This document shows positions 37,938 to 48,068 of a DNA stretch of 64,000 nucleotides, piece by piece. Position 1 is the stretch's first letter; each line of letters starts with the position of its first letter. The DNA lies in the NCBI GenBank assembly GCA_026418625.1, contig JAOABA010000055.1, positions 73,770-137,769 of the forward strand. The letters run 5' to 3'. The translations under genes and the position numbers were made by a program. The notes beneath the pieces are model-generated. The model did not search any database. It saw only the letters and a program-made list of their open reading frames with translations, and was not told where the DNA came from. This DNA comes from Candidatus Kapaibacterium sp. GTDB taxonomy: Bacteria; Bacteroidota; Ignavibacteria; Kapaibacteriales; UBA2268.

Positions 37938-39740
37938 ATGGAAAATTTTCGGAATTTTTGCATAATTGCACACATAGATCACGGAAAGTCAACTCTCGCA
38001 GACAGACTTCTCGAAATCACGGGAAGAGTTTCAAAAAGGGAGATGATAACAAATCAAATTCTGGATGATAACCCTCTTGAACAAGAGCGAGGCATAACTA
38101 TCAAGCTACACGCTATTCAAATGGAATATACTGCCAAGGATGGCAAAACTTACATTTTAAATTTAATTGATACACCCGGTCACGTTGATTTTACCTATGA
38201 GGTTTCCCGTTCTTTAGCTGCTTGCGAGGGGGCTTTATTAATTGTCGATGCCACTCAGGGAGTTGAAGCACAAACTATTAGTAATCTTTATTTGGCAATA
38301 GATGCGAATATTGAAATTATTCCTGTTATAAATAAAATTGATTTGCCAAGCGCTGAAACCACTATTGAAAATGTTACTCAACAATTAATTGATCTAATTG
38401 GTTGTAAAAAGGAAGAAATTTTATATACCTCTGCAAAACAAGGAATAGGAATTGAAGATATTCTTGAAGCAATCGTAAACCGTATTCCACCACCAAAAGG
38501 CGACCCAAATGCTCCACTCAGAGCGTTAATTTATGATTCAATTTTTGATTCATACAGGGGTGTGATAGTAAACATAAGAATATTCGATGGCACAGTTAGA
38601 GAAAAAGATAAAATTTTTCTTATGGCTACTGAGCAAAGTTACGAAGTAGAAGAGGTCGGTGTTTTATATATGAAGCGTTTCAGAACGGGGGAACTTTCCG
38701 CTGGAAATGTGGGTTATTTAATTGCCGGAATTCGCAACTTAAAAGATACAAAGGTTGGTGACACAATTACACATTTGCATAATCCCTGCGATAGTCCGAT
38801 ATCCGGCTTTAAAGTTGTAAAACCAATGGTATTCAGTGGAATTTATCCTGCAAGTGCAGATGATTTTGAATCATTAAGGGACTCTTTAGCGAAATTAGTC
38901 TTGAATGATGCTGCCATAACTTATGAGCCAGAAACATCTTCAGCACTTGGATTTGGTTTTCGCTGCGGTTTTCTTGGACTCCTTCATATGGAAATTGTTC
39001 AGGAAAGATTGGAAAGAGAATTCAATCAGAATATTGTTACTACTGTTCCTAATGTTCGTTACAAGGTTATTAAGACAAATGGAGAGGAATTCTTTATCGA
39101 AAATCCCGCTCAACTACCACCTATAGTTCAAGTAAGAGAAATACAGGAACCATTCATTAAAGCACAGATAATTACCCCAAATGAATACGTAGGCGCTATA
39201 ATGAAGCTTTGTCTTGATAGGCGTGGAGCGATTAAAAATACTACTTATCTTTCTGCTGACAGGGTTGATTTACACTTTGAGCTTCCATTAGCTGAAGTCA
39301 TTTTTGATTTTTATGATAAATTAAAATCTGTTTCTCGTGGCTATGCTTCACTTGATTATGAATTTCTGGATTATAGAACCGAAGATTTGGTTAAACTCGA
39401 TATTTTACTAAATGGTGAACCCGTAGATGCTTTGTCCACAATAGTTCACAGAAGCAAATCGTTTCATTGGGGACAAAAATTATGTTCAAAACTTAAAGAA
39501 TTAATTCCCCGACAAATGTTTGAAGTTACCATTCAGGCTGCTATCGGTTCAAGGGTTATATCTCGCGCAAATGTTCAGGCACTAAGAAAGAATGTTTTAT
39601 CTAAATGTTATGGTGGTGATATCACAAGAAAAAGGAAACTTCTTGAAAAACAAAAAGAAGGTAAGAAAAGAATGAAGCAGGTTGGTCGTGTGGAAATTCC
39701 TCAAGAGGCTTTCCTTGCTGTTTTAAGTATTGAAGATTAA
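37938..39740 (+). CDS. lepA: elongation factor 4 (LepA)
   Basis: It has '[21 protein letters not shown]' (G1) and '[10 protein letters not shown]'. It is 600 aa with a LepA-type C-terminal domain. Confidence 0.95.
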   Translation: MENFRNFCIIAHIDHGKSTLADRLLEITGRVSKREMITNQILDDNPLEQERGITIKLHAIQMEYTAKDGKTYILNLIDTPGHVDFTYEVSRSLAACEGALLIVDATQGVEAQTISNLYLAIDANIEIIPVINKIDLPSAETTIENVTQQLIDLIGCKKEEILYTSAKQGIGIEDILEAIVNRIPPPKGDPNAPLRALIYDSIFDSYRGVIVNIRIFDGTVREKDKIFLMATEQSYEVEEVGVLYMKRFRTGELSAGNVGYLIAGIRNLKDTKVGDTITHLHNPCDSPISGFKVVKPMVFSGIYPASADDFESLRDSLAKLVLNDAAITYEPETSSALGFGFRCGFLGLLHMEIVQERLEREFNQNIVTTVPNVRYKVIKTNGEEFFIENPAQLPPIVQVREIQEPFIKAQIITPNEYVGAIMKLCLDRRGAIKNTTYLSADRVDLHFELPLAEVIFDFYDKLKSVSRGYASLDYEFLDYRTEDLVKLDILLNGEPVDALSTIVHRSKSFHWGQKLCSKLKELIPRQMFEVTIQAAIGSRVISRANVQALRKNVLSKCYGGDITRKRKLLEKQKEGKKRMKQVGRVEIPQEAFLAVLSIED

Positions 39741-39755
39741 TATTTTAAGGCTAAA

Positions 39756-40754
39756 ATGAGTATGTTTCGAAAAAAAAGAAAAGAGCAAAAAACTTACGAA
39801 CTTATTAAAGTTCCAGAAAACGCAAACTTTTTCACAAAAGCTTGGATTTGGTATCGTAATTATAGAATCAAACAAAAAATTAAAAAGCAAAAACCCCAGA
39901 CATTTGCCGAGACTATTTGGTCTTGGACTAAAACTTTAGTTGGAGCAATCATTATTGTAATGATTATTAATGGTTTGCTAATTGCTTCATTTGTTGTTCC
40001 AACAGGTTCAATGGAAAACACTGTTATGACTGGTGATTTTCTTTTTGTTAATAAATTTATATATGGACCTTCTACACCTCAGGTAGTTCCTTTTGTAAAT
40101 ATCCCTTTGCCATTTTATAAATTTCCCGGTATCAAAAAACCTGAAGTTGGAGATGTAATTGTTTTTATTTATCCCGGTGATAGAGATGAAGTAAAATCAA
40201 AAGAATTTCAATATTACTTAAAACGTTGTGTTGCGACCGCCGGTGATACCCTTCAAATAATTGACAAAAGGGTTTATGTTAATGGAAAAGAATTCCCTTT
40301 ACCAGAGCACGGTCAAATTGATTACAGTGAACCAATCTCACCTTACAATAAATGGGAAACATTTCCACCGGGCAAAGGTTACACAAGGGATAATTATGGA
40401 CCAATAAGGATTCCTAAAAAGGATGACATTATTCAATTAGATCAAAAAAATTGGCGTGAGTGGGAATATTTCATAAAAAAGGAAGGGCATGACATTACTT
40501 TCGATGGTGTCAGTATTCTTATTGATGGAAAACCTGCTAATAGCTATAAAGTTGAGCGGGATTATTGTTTTGGTATGGGCGATAATCGTGATCATAGTTC
40601 TGATAGTCGTTATTGGGGATTTATTCCTTATGATAATGTAGTAGGAACACCAATTATGGTCTATTGGTCGTGGGATACAAATCTACCGCTTAGCCAAATC
40701 GGAAAAAAACTTAGTTCAATCAGATGGAATAGGATTGCTAAATTTATTAATTAG
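39756..40754 (+). CDS. lepB: signal peptidase I
   Basis: It has an N-terminal TM, 'PTGSMENTVMTGD' (catalytic Ser box), 'YLKRCVATAGD' (Lys box), and 'GDNRDHSSDSRYWGFIP' (box E). Confidence 0.85.
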   Translation: MSMFRKKRKEQKTYELIKVPENANFFTKAWIWYRNYRIKQKIKKQKPQTFAETIWSWTKTLVGAIIIVMIINGLLIASFVVPTGSMENTVMTGDFLFVNKFIYGPSTPQVVPFVNIPLPFYKFPGIKKPEVGDVIVFIYPGDRDEVKSKEFQYYLKRCVATAGDTLQIIDKRVYVNGKEFPLPEHGQIDYSEPISPYNKWETFPPGKGYTRDNYGPIRIPKKDDIIQLDQKNWREWEYFIKKEGHDITFDGVSILIDGKPANSYKVERDYCFGMGDNRDHSSDSRYWGFIPYDNVVGTPIMVYWSWDTNLPLSQIGKKLSSIRWNRIAKFIN

Positions 40755-40756
40755 CA

Positions 40757-41977
40757 ATGCTGGGAGTGTATTTCCATATACCTTTTTGTGTGAAGAAATG
40801 CTTTTATTGCGATTTCTATTCCATTGAAACAGAACCTAAAGATTTATCTTTAATTCATACAGAAGAGTCTTATGAAATAGATGAGTCAATTGCTAATCAA
40901 TTTCTATCCTCTCTCGAAAATGAAATCAAAATAAGAACGAATGACTCAAACAAGATTGAGGTTGACTCAATTTTTTTAGGAGGTGGAACCCCTTCATTAT
41001 TATCTCCACAGCATATAAAATTATTATTCCAATATATTAATGAGTATTTTCAGGTTTCTAATTCATCTGAAATTACAATTGAGTGCAATCCCGGCACCAT
41101 AACACCTGAAAAGCTTGAAGTTTATAAAGTAGTTGGTATAAATAGGCTAAGTATTGGTGTTCAATCATTCATACCAGAAGAATTAAAATTTTTACAAAGG
41201 ATACATAATTCGGAAGATGTCTTTCATTCTTTCAAGTTGGCAAGGGAATTCGGATTTGATAATATCAGTATTGATTTAATTTTTTCTATACCCGGACAAA
41301 AACGTGAAAACTTAATCTACTCTCTCTCCAAAGCTATTGAATTAAATCCTGAGCATATTTCTGCTTATAGTCTCATTTTTGAGAAAGGAACACCATTATA
41401 TAATGAAATGAAAAAAGGTAAAATAAAGCCGGTTGATGACAATATTGACTCAGAATTATATGAAATCGTAATAGATTTTCTCACTGATAATGGTTATGAA
41501 CAATATGAAGTATCTAATTTTGCAAAAAATCAGAAATACTGCAATCATAACTTGAAATATTGGCATAATCAGGAGTATTTAGCTTTTGGACCCTCAGCTC
41601 ACGGATTTTATAAAAACATCAGATATAAAAATAAAAGAAGCCTTAAAACATACATTAATCTACTTAAATCAAACACCCTGCCAATAGATTTCGAAGAATT
41701 TCAGGATGATAAAACTAAATTAACTGACACTATTTTTCTTGGTTTGCGTTCTGATGGTATTGATTTTAACAAACTAATGAAAAATTTTAAACTTGATTTA
41801 AGAAATATCATAAAGGACGAAATCACTTTTTATAAAGAAAATGATTTTATTTATGAAAATAATGATAAGATTATTTTGACCAAGAATGGTTATAAAATTT
41901 GTGACTCAATTGCAGTTGAAATAATAACAAAAATTGACCAGTATTTTGCGAATAGAAATTTCAAATTAGTTAATTAA
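40757..41977 (+). CDS. hemW: radical SAM family heme chaperone HemW / oxygen-independent coproporphyrinogen-III oxidase-like
   Basis: It has 'HIPFCVKKCFYCDF' (CxxxCxxC). It is 406 aa with a HemN-like C-terminal domain. Confidence 0.75.
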   Translation: MLGVYFHIPFCVKKCFYCDFYSIETEPKDLSLIHTEESYEIDESIANQFLSSLENEIKIRTNDSNKIEVDSIFLGGGTPSLLSPQHIKLLFQYINEYFQVSNSSEITIECNPGTITPEKLEVYKVVGINRLSIGVQSFIPEELKFLQRIHNSEDVFHSFKLAREFGFDNISIDLIFSIPGQKRENLIYSLSKAIELNPEHISAYSLIFEKGTPLYNEMKKGKIKPVDDNIDSELYEIVIDFLTDNGYEQYEVSNFAKNQKYCNHNLKYWHNQEYLAFGPSAHGFYKNIRYKNKRSLKTYINLLKSNTLPIDFEEFQDDKTKLTDTIFLGLRSDGIDFNKLMKNFKLDLRNIIKDEITFYKENDFIYENNDKIILTKNGYKICDSIAVEIITKIDQYFANRNFKLVN

Positions 41978-42860
41978 GCATATTAGGTTCAGGTTCAATA
42001 TGTGTATGAACCTCACATCTTTCTATCTGAGCTTTAATTTTAGATTCAACCAGTTCTGAAACTTCATGAGCTTCAAAAATTGTTAATTTTGGATCTACGT
42101 GTATATTTAATTCTATAAATATATATGGACCAGAAGTTCTAACTTTAATATCATGGAAAAATGTAACCTCTGTTATGCTTTCGACAATTTTTCTAACTTT
42201 TTGTTCAATATCAGATGGGGATTTATCCAAAAGTGCATCTATAGATTTTCTACCAAGTCTGAAAGATATCCATAATACAATCAAAGCAACAATAAGAGCA
42301 GCGATAGAGTCAGCAGAGTGAAAATTAAGTAGAGCACCTATTAAGCCAACTAAAACCACAAGAGAGCTGAAAATATCAGTAGAAAAGTGAAGAGCATCTG
42401 CCTCAAGAGCCTGACTATTATACTTTCTCGCTATTTTCTTTAGATGAGAAGCTCTGGTATAATCAACAAAAATTGATATTATAACGACAGCAAAGCTCCA
42501 AAAATTGACTTCAATATCTGTATGACCAGTGATAATTCTTTTCAAACCTTCATATATAATCCAAGCACAAGTTACCAATAATAGCATTGTCTGTAACAGA
42601 GCTGATAGATTTTCAACCTTGCCATGTCCGTAATTATGTGAAGTATCAGCTGGTTTTGATGAAAGCCTGACTGCGAGAAAAGTAATCATAGCAGCGATAA
42701 AATCAAGACAGGAATGTAGAGCCTCTGATAGAATACCTAAGCTGCCAGTTGTTATTCCTACAATGAACTTAATCAAAGTAAGAAAAATAGCAGCTCCTAC
42801 TGACAATAAAGCTGCTCTTTTCTTTTCGATATCCGCAGTATTATGCTGTGAATTTATCAT
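41970..42860 (-). CDS. cation diffusion facilitator (CDF) family transporter
   Basis: It has six predicted TM segments with a His/Asp-containing 'HSCLDFIAAM' and 'HFSTDIFSS'. It has a cytoplasmic C-terminal domain. Confidence 0.7.
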   Translation of the reverse strand: MINSQHNTADIEKKRAALLSVGAAIFLTLIKFIVGITTGSLGILSEALHSCLDFIAAMITFLAVRLSSKPADTSHNYGHGKVENLSALLQTMLLLVTCAWIIYEGLKRIITGHTDIEVNFWSFAVVIISIFVDYTRASHLKKIARKYNSQALEADALHFSTDIFSSLVVLVGLIGALLNFHSADSIAALIVALIVLWISFRLGRKSIDALLDKSPSDIEQKVRKIVESITEVTFFHDIKVRTSGPYIFIELNIHVDPKLTIFEAHEVSELVESKIKAQIERCEVHTHIEPEPNMLN

Positions 42861-42932
42861 TAAAAAAGATAAATATTATAAAGTGAGGGTTAAAAAAATA
42901 TACCCTCACTTTACTGAATATTACATTATAAA

Positions 42933-44483
42933 TTATTTGATAATTTTTTCACTAACGGATTTTCCTTGCAAGAATAAAAGTAAATAATCTCTGCCACCAG
43001 CCTTTGAGTCAGTTCCGCTCATATTAAACCCACCAAAGGGATGAACATCAACCATAGCACCTGTGCATTTTCTGTTAAAGTATAAATTCCCAACGTGAAA
43101 CTCATCTCGAGCTCTTTTCAACTTTTCTCTATTTTTTGAATAAACTGCCCCGGTTAAGCCATATATTGTGTTGTTAGCAATATTCAAGGCATCATCAAAA
43201 TCCTTTGCTTTAATAACAGCAAGGACAGGACCAAATATCTCTTCTTGAGAAATTCTTGCATCGGGTTTAACATCAGTAAATACAGTTGGCTCGATATAAT
43301 TTCCATTCAAACCTTTAACTTTGTTTCCACCATTAAGAAGTTTTCCTTCTTTTTTACCAATTTCAATATAACTTAAAATTGATTGTTCTGCTTTTTGGCT
43401 AACGACTGGTCCGACTATAAAGTTTTCTTTGGGATCACCTATTTTTAGATTATCAACCGCAACTTTTAATTTTTTCACAAATTCATTATAAACTGATTTA
43501 TCAACAATGGCTCTGGAGCAAGCAGAACATTTTTGACCTTGGAATCCGAATGCTGATACAACCACTCCTTTGACTGCATCGTCAACATCAGCTTCTGAGT
43601 CAACGATAATGGAGTCTTTTCCGCCCATTTCGGCAATAACTCTTTTAATCCAGATTTGTCCTTCAGACTTTTTAGCGGCAAGTTCATTAACCCTAAGACC
43701 AATATCCATAGAGCCAGTAAAAGCAATGAATCTGGTTTTTGGATGAGTAACGAGATAATCTCCAGCTTCGGCACCACTTGCAACAAAATAATTCAATACA
43801 CCATCGGGTAATCCAACTTTTCTCATAATGTCTGTGAAAAGCCATCCCATCATTGGAGATTCGGAGGAAGGTTTTAATACAATAGTATTTCCTGTTACTA
43901 TAGCTGCTGATGACATTCCAACAAGAATTGCAAGAGGGAAATTCCAAGGTGGAACGATGAGACCGACACCCAGAGGAATATAGAAGTATTCATTCTTTTC
44001 GCCTTTGTAAGGTGTCAAAGGTTGATTTTTTGAATAACGAATTGCTTCTCTTCCATAAAATTCAAGAAAATCAATTGCTTCGCAAGTATCTGCATCAGCC
44101 TCTAAATAGTTTTTACCAACCTCAGAAATCATCCAAGCATTAATTTCATATCGTCTTCTTCGCATTTCGTTAGCAGCTTTGAATAGATAATTGGCCCTTT
44201 CTTTTGCAGGAACTTTTTTCCAGCTTTCGAATGCCTTTAGTGCAGACTGGATGGCTTTTTCGGCATCGTCCTTTCCACCTTTTTGAAATTTTCCGACTAC
44301 TTCATCGAAATTAGCAGGATTAATGCTGATTGTTTTTTTCTCGGTATAAACTTCTTTCCCACCTATGAAATTAGGGTATTCTTTGTTAAAATTTTCTCGG
44401 ACTTTCTTAATTGCATCTTGTTGCTTTTTCAAAATTTTCGGATCAGAAAAATCAAGATAAGTCATATTCTGAAATTCTTTCAT
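42933..44483 (-). CDS. aldehyde dehydrogenase family, 1-pyrroline-5-carboxylate dehydrogenase-like
   Basis: It has 'AEMGGKDSIIV' (ELGGKS-type) and the catalytic Cys in 'FGFQGQKCSACSR'. I set the start at the internal Met ('MKEFQN'); the track ORF extends 19 aa further to 44540. Confidence 0.75.
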   Translation of the reverse strand: MKEFQNMTYLDFSDPKILKKQQDAIKKVRENFNKEYPNFIGGKEVYTEKKTISINPANFDEVVGKFQKGGKDDAEKAIQSALKAFESWKKVPAKERANYLFKAANEMRRRRYEINAWMISEVGKNYLEADADTCEAIDFLEFYGREAIRYSKNQPLTPYKGEKNEYFYIPLGVGLIVPPWNFPLAILVGMSSAAIVTGNTIVLKPSSESPMMGWLFTDIMRKVGLPDGVLNYFVASGAEAGDYLVTHPKTRFIAFTGSMDIGLRVNELAAKKSEGQIWIKRVIAEMGGKDSIIVDSEADVDDAVKGVVVSAFGFQGQKCSACSRAIVDKSVYNEFVKKLKVAVDNLKIGDPKENFIVGPVVSQKAEQSILSYIEIGKKEGKLLNGGNKVKGLNGNYIEPTVFTDVKPDARISQEEIFGPVLAVIKAKDFDDALNIANNTIYGLTGAVYSKNREKLKRARDEFHVGNLYFNRKCTGAMVDVHPFGGFNMSGTDSKAGGRDYLLLFLQGKSVSEKIIK

Positions 44484-44691
44484 ACTTTCTCCATTTGACA
44501 AAAAACAAAAAATCAAAAATATGAATTTATTTATTTTCAAACACTTAATTTTCTTTAATTATTCATTTTTTTGATTAATACGTCATCGTTTTTTTAATTA
44601 TTTTTTTTATTGAAATAAGTTATGACAAAATTTAATATTTTTGTAAATGTTTGTCCTTTGAATTGGGGCAACTTTATTTTGGGGGGAAATT

Positions 44692-45801
44692 TTGAGAAGC
44701 ACTGTTGCTAAAATTAATCTGAGCAATCTCAGAGATAATCTTAATTTATTAACTAAAACAGCACAAAATTCAAAGATATTGGCTGTAGTAAAGGCAAATG
44801 CCTATGGTCACGGTATCGTCGAAATTTCAAAATATCTGAATAATTTTGGTGTTGAGTATTTTGGTGTGGCTTTTACAGACGAAGGTGCATTAATTCGTGA
44901 ATCTGGATTAAATAACCCTATTTTAGTTCTGGTTCCAGATGCAAACGGTGACGCTGAAAACATTGTCAATTACAATCTCGATGTTGCTGTTTCAACTATT
45001 GATTTTTCGAAAAAACTCTCTGAAATAGCAAAGAAGCAGAATAAAATAATTACAACTCATCTTTATATTGATACCGGTATGAGCCGTGATGGTATTTTTC
45101 CTTATGAGGCAGTGGATTTTATGAAAAAGTTCGTAGAGTTACCAAATTTAAGGATGAGCGGTATTTGTTCTCATTTTTCTTCTTCAGACTCTGACAAAGA
45201 TTTTTCACTTTATCAACTTAATAGTTTCAAATCCTGTTTAGATAAATTAAATTCCTATGGCTTTAGATTTGAATTAATTCATATGGCTAATTCTGCCGGA
45301 ATTTTTGAATTTCCCGAAGCTCATTTTAATATGGTAAGACCGGGCTTAGCTTTATATGGTTATTCCTATTCTAAAAATCATAATGTAGATGAATATTTGA
45401 AGCCGGTCTTGAGTCTATCAACAAAAGTTATTTCTATTAGAACTATTCAAGAAGGCGACTCAGTCGGTTATAATAGAACTTATATTGCTAAAGAACCAAC
45501 AAGAATTGCAACAATCCCAATAGGTTACGGGGACGGTTATCCAAGACATCTAACAAATCTATCTAAGTGCATCATAAATGGTAAGTTTTATGATTTAGTC
45601 GGAACTATTTGTATGGATGAATCAATGGTAGATATCAGATTTGATGATATTAACATTGGTGATGATGTAACTCTAATTGGCACTCAAAACGAACTCAACT
45701 TAGGAGCAGATTATTTAGCCGAAAAGTCCGGAACAATCACTTATGAAATTCTTACTTCGATTAGTGCAAGGGTTCCAAGAATTTATTCGGAATCAATTTA
45801 G
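44692..45801 (+). CDS. alr: alanine racemase
   Basis: It has the PLP-Lys motif 'AVVKANAYGHG'. It is 369 aa and has a TTG start. Confidence 0.85.
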   Translation: MRSTVAKINLSNLRDNLNLLTKTAQNSKILAVVKANAYGHGIVEISKYLNNFGVEYFGVAFTDEGALIRESGLNNPILVLVPDANGDAENIVNYNLDVAVSTIDFSKKLSEIAKKQNKIITTHLYIDTGMSRDGIFPYEAVDFMKKFVELPNLRMSGICSHFSSSDSDKDFSLYQLNSFKSCLDKLNSYGFRFELIHMANSAGIFEFPEAHFNMVRPGLALYGYSYSKNHNVDEYLKPVLSLSTKVISIRTIQEGDSVGYNRTYIAKEPTRIATIPIGYGDGYPRHLTNLSKCIINGKFYDLVGTICMDESMVDIRFDDINIGDDVTLIGTQNELNLGADYLAEKSGTITYEILTSISARVPRIYSESI

Positions 45802-45848
45802 TTTATAAATTGTGGATAATACCTGTTTTAATTATGTTATTTTAACTT

Positions 45849-46610
45849 TTGTTTTCTAAGTCATTTTTAATGTATAGGATAAAGTTAGATAATTTCGAAG
45901 GACCATTTGATTTGCTCCTTTATTTCATCAAAAGAGATGAAATAAATATCTATGATATTCCTATAGCCAGAATTACAGATGAATTCCTGAAATATATAAG
46001 ATTGATGAAGATACTGGACTTAGAAATAGCGGGTGAATTCATTGTTATTGCTGCAAGTCTTATGCAGATTAAAATTCAGATGCTTCTACCAAGAGACAAT
46101 GAAAATTCTGATAATGAAGCAGAAGATCCAAGAATGCCACTTGTTCAAAAGCTTCTTGAATATAAACAATTTAAGGAAGCTGCCAAGGATTTATCAAATC
46201 TTGAAAAATCACAAAGATTTACCTATTATAGGCAATTGTATGATGTTGATTATCAAACTGCAATCAATCTTAATGGAGTGCAATATAAAAATGCTACGGT
46301 TTTTGATTTAATGAGTGCCTTCGGAAAAATTTTAGAAAGGAAAAAAAATCAAAATAACAGTCATATAATACCATTAATAACAATAACAGTTGAAGAAAAA
46401 ATTGAAATGATAAAATCGTTATTACTTAGACAAAAAAAATTCAGCTTCAATAAAATAATTAAGAAGGAACCAAAACAAGTAATTGTTGTTACATTTCTTG
46501 CTTTGCTTGAACTTATTAGATCGGGGATTATTATAGCTCTTCAGTCCCGTTCATTTGATGATATCATTATTTCCCATAAGGATTATATTAGAATAGAGGA
46601 AAATGCCTGA
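45849..46610 (+). CDS. scpA: segregation and condensation protein A
   Basis: It has an N-terminal 'FEGPFDLLLYFIKRDEINIYDIPIARITDEFLKYI'. Its stop overlaps the scpB start. Confidence 0.7.
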   Translation: MFSKSFLMYRIKLDNFEGPFDLLLYFIKRDEINIYDIPIARITDEFLKYIRLMKILDLEIAGEFIVIAASLMQIKIQMLLPRDNENSDNEAEDPRMPLVQKLLEYKQFKEAAKDLSNLEKSQRFTYYRQLYDVDYQTAINLNGVQYKNATVFDLMSAFGKILERKKNQNNSHIIPLITITVEEKIEMIKSLLLRQKKFSFNKIIKKEPKQVIVVTFLALLELIRSGIIIALQSRSFDDIIISHKDYIRIEENA

Positions 46611-47361
46611 AAATAATTTACCCATTTTTTTAAAGCTATCAAAAGAAGACCAGAAAGCTGCAGTCGAAGCAATAATTTTTGCTTCCGAAGAACCTGTTAC
46701 TTTGAATACATTATATAAGATATTAATTAAAAATGATTACGATAAAAGGAATGAGAGTTCTGTTGCGAATATAAATATTTTTGAATCCTCTGAACCTGAG
46801 GACCGACAAGTGATTCTTGAATATAATTTTAAACCGATTGATTTTTTGGAAATTATTAATGAAATAAATAGGGACTTGCAAGGAAGCTCAAGACCTTATC
46901 ATATAATTAATATCTCAGGAGGTTATCAATTTGCAACTCGAGCTGAATACGGAGAGTTAATACAACAATTAATCAAATACAAAACTAAAAGGAAACTGAC
47001 TCAGGCATCACTTGAAACTCTTGCTATCATTGCATATAAACAGCCCATCACTAAAACTGAAATTGAACAAATCCGAGGGGTTAGCTGTGGGGATGTCATA
47101 AACTCTCTTATTGAAAAGAAATTTGTTGATATCGTTGGCAGAAAGGACACTATCGGCAGACCTTTGCTTTTTGGAACCACACCGGATTTCTTGAAATTCT
47201 TTGGGTTGAATTCATTGAATGACTTACCTGAACTGAAGGAATTAGACGATATTGCTAATGAATTGAAAACAAATTCAGATGAAATTGCTTTTACATTCGA
47301 CATTCAAAATTCTGGTGAAGAAGAACAAGAAGTTACTGATTTAGAACCGAATAATGTTTAA
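46603..47361 (+). CDS. scpB: segregation and condensation protein B
   Basis: It has a winged-helix 'SLETLAIIAYKQPITKTEIEQIRGV' and is coupled to scpA. Confidence 0.7.
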   Translation: MPENNLPIFLKLSKEDQKAAVEAIIFASEEPVTLNTLYKILIKNDYDKRNESSVANINIFESSEPEDRQVILEYNFKPIDFLEIINEINRDLQGSSRPYHIINISGGYQFATRAEYGELIQQLIKYKTKRKLTQASLETLAIIAYKQPITKTEIEQIRGVSCGDVINSLIEKKFVDIVGRKDTIGRPLLFGTTPDFLKFFGLNSLNDLPELKELDDIANELKTNSDEIAFTFDIQNSGEEEQEVTDLEPNNV

Positions 47362-47972
47362 ACTTTCTTTCCAACATATCTAACGACAGAAGCCAAGCCT
47401 TTGTGATGTAGCCCTTCGTTTAGCTCTGTTTCTATGGTTTCCAGTTTAATAGTTTCTAATGCTTTAAAATCATCCTTGATTTCTTCCTCTGAAAAAAGTA
47501 ATTCAACATTCGATGGACCGCCAGAATTAAATTTTTTTTGATAATCCAACTGTTTTTTGCTGAATCCTTCCAAAATAATATATCCACCAAATTTGAGATA
47601 ATTGGTAAGCTCGTTATGAAATTCTCTTCTTTTATTCCCGGCAAAATGGGCAAAAATTAGTCCAATAGCATCAAAAGAATTTTTTTCTAAATTTAAATCC
47701 TCAAACTCCGCACAGAAATAATTTATCTTTACATTATTTATATCTGCCAATTTCATTGCTTTATTTTTAGCTTCGATGCTATTATCAAAAGCTATAACAT
47801 CCCAACCTAATTTAGCAGCATAAATAGCGTTTCTTCCTTCACCTTCAGCTGGTAAAAGAATTTTTCCGGGTTGAATTTTATCTATCCATTCATTGAAAAA
47901 TGCGTTTGGTTCAGTGCCATAAGCATATTCATCTGATTTATAGCGATTATTCCAAAATTCTATATTACTCAT
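47358..47972 (-). CDS. SAM-dependent methyltransferase (TPMT/TehB-like)
   Basis: It has 'ILLPAEGEGRNAIYAAKLGWDVIAFDNS' and 'FDAIGLIFAHF'. I chose the start at the internal Met ('MSNIEFWNNRYK'). Confidence 0.55.
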   Translation of the reverse strand: MSNIEFWNNRYKSDEYAYGTEPNAFFNEWIDKIQPGKILLPAEGEGRNAIYAAKLGWDVIAFDNSIEAKNKAMKLADINNVKINYFCAEFEDLNLEKNSFDAIGLIFAHFAGNKRREFHNELTNYLKFGGYIILEGFSKKQLDYQKKFNSGGPSNVELLFSEEEIKDDFKALETIKLETIETELNEGLHHKGLASVVRYVGKKV

Positions 47973-48068
47973 ATTTGTTTGCGAAAAAGAAAAAAAAATC
48001 TGTCCAATGTTTTTACATCGGACAGATATAATCACTTATCAGGATTGAATTTATTTTTAATAAAAAAA

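Noticed and set aside
44484-44540. N-terminal 'signal peptide' on the P5C/aldehyde dehydrogenase
   Set aside because: The hydrophobic 19-aa extension comes from the longest-ORF start. An internal Met ('MKEFQN') gives a normal cytoplasmic ALDH N-terminus.
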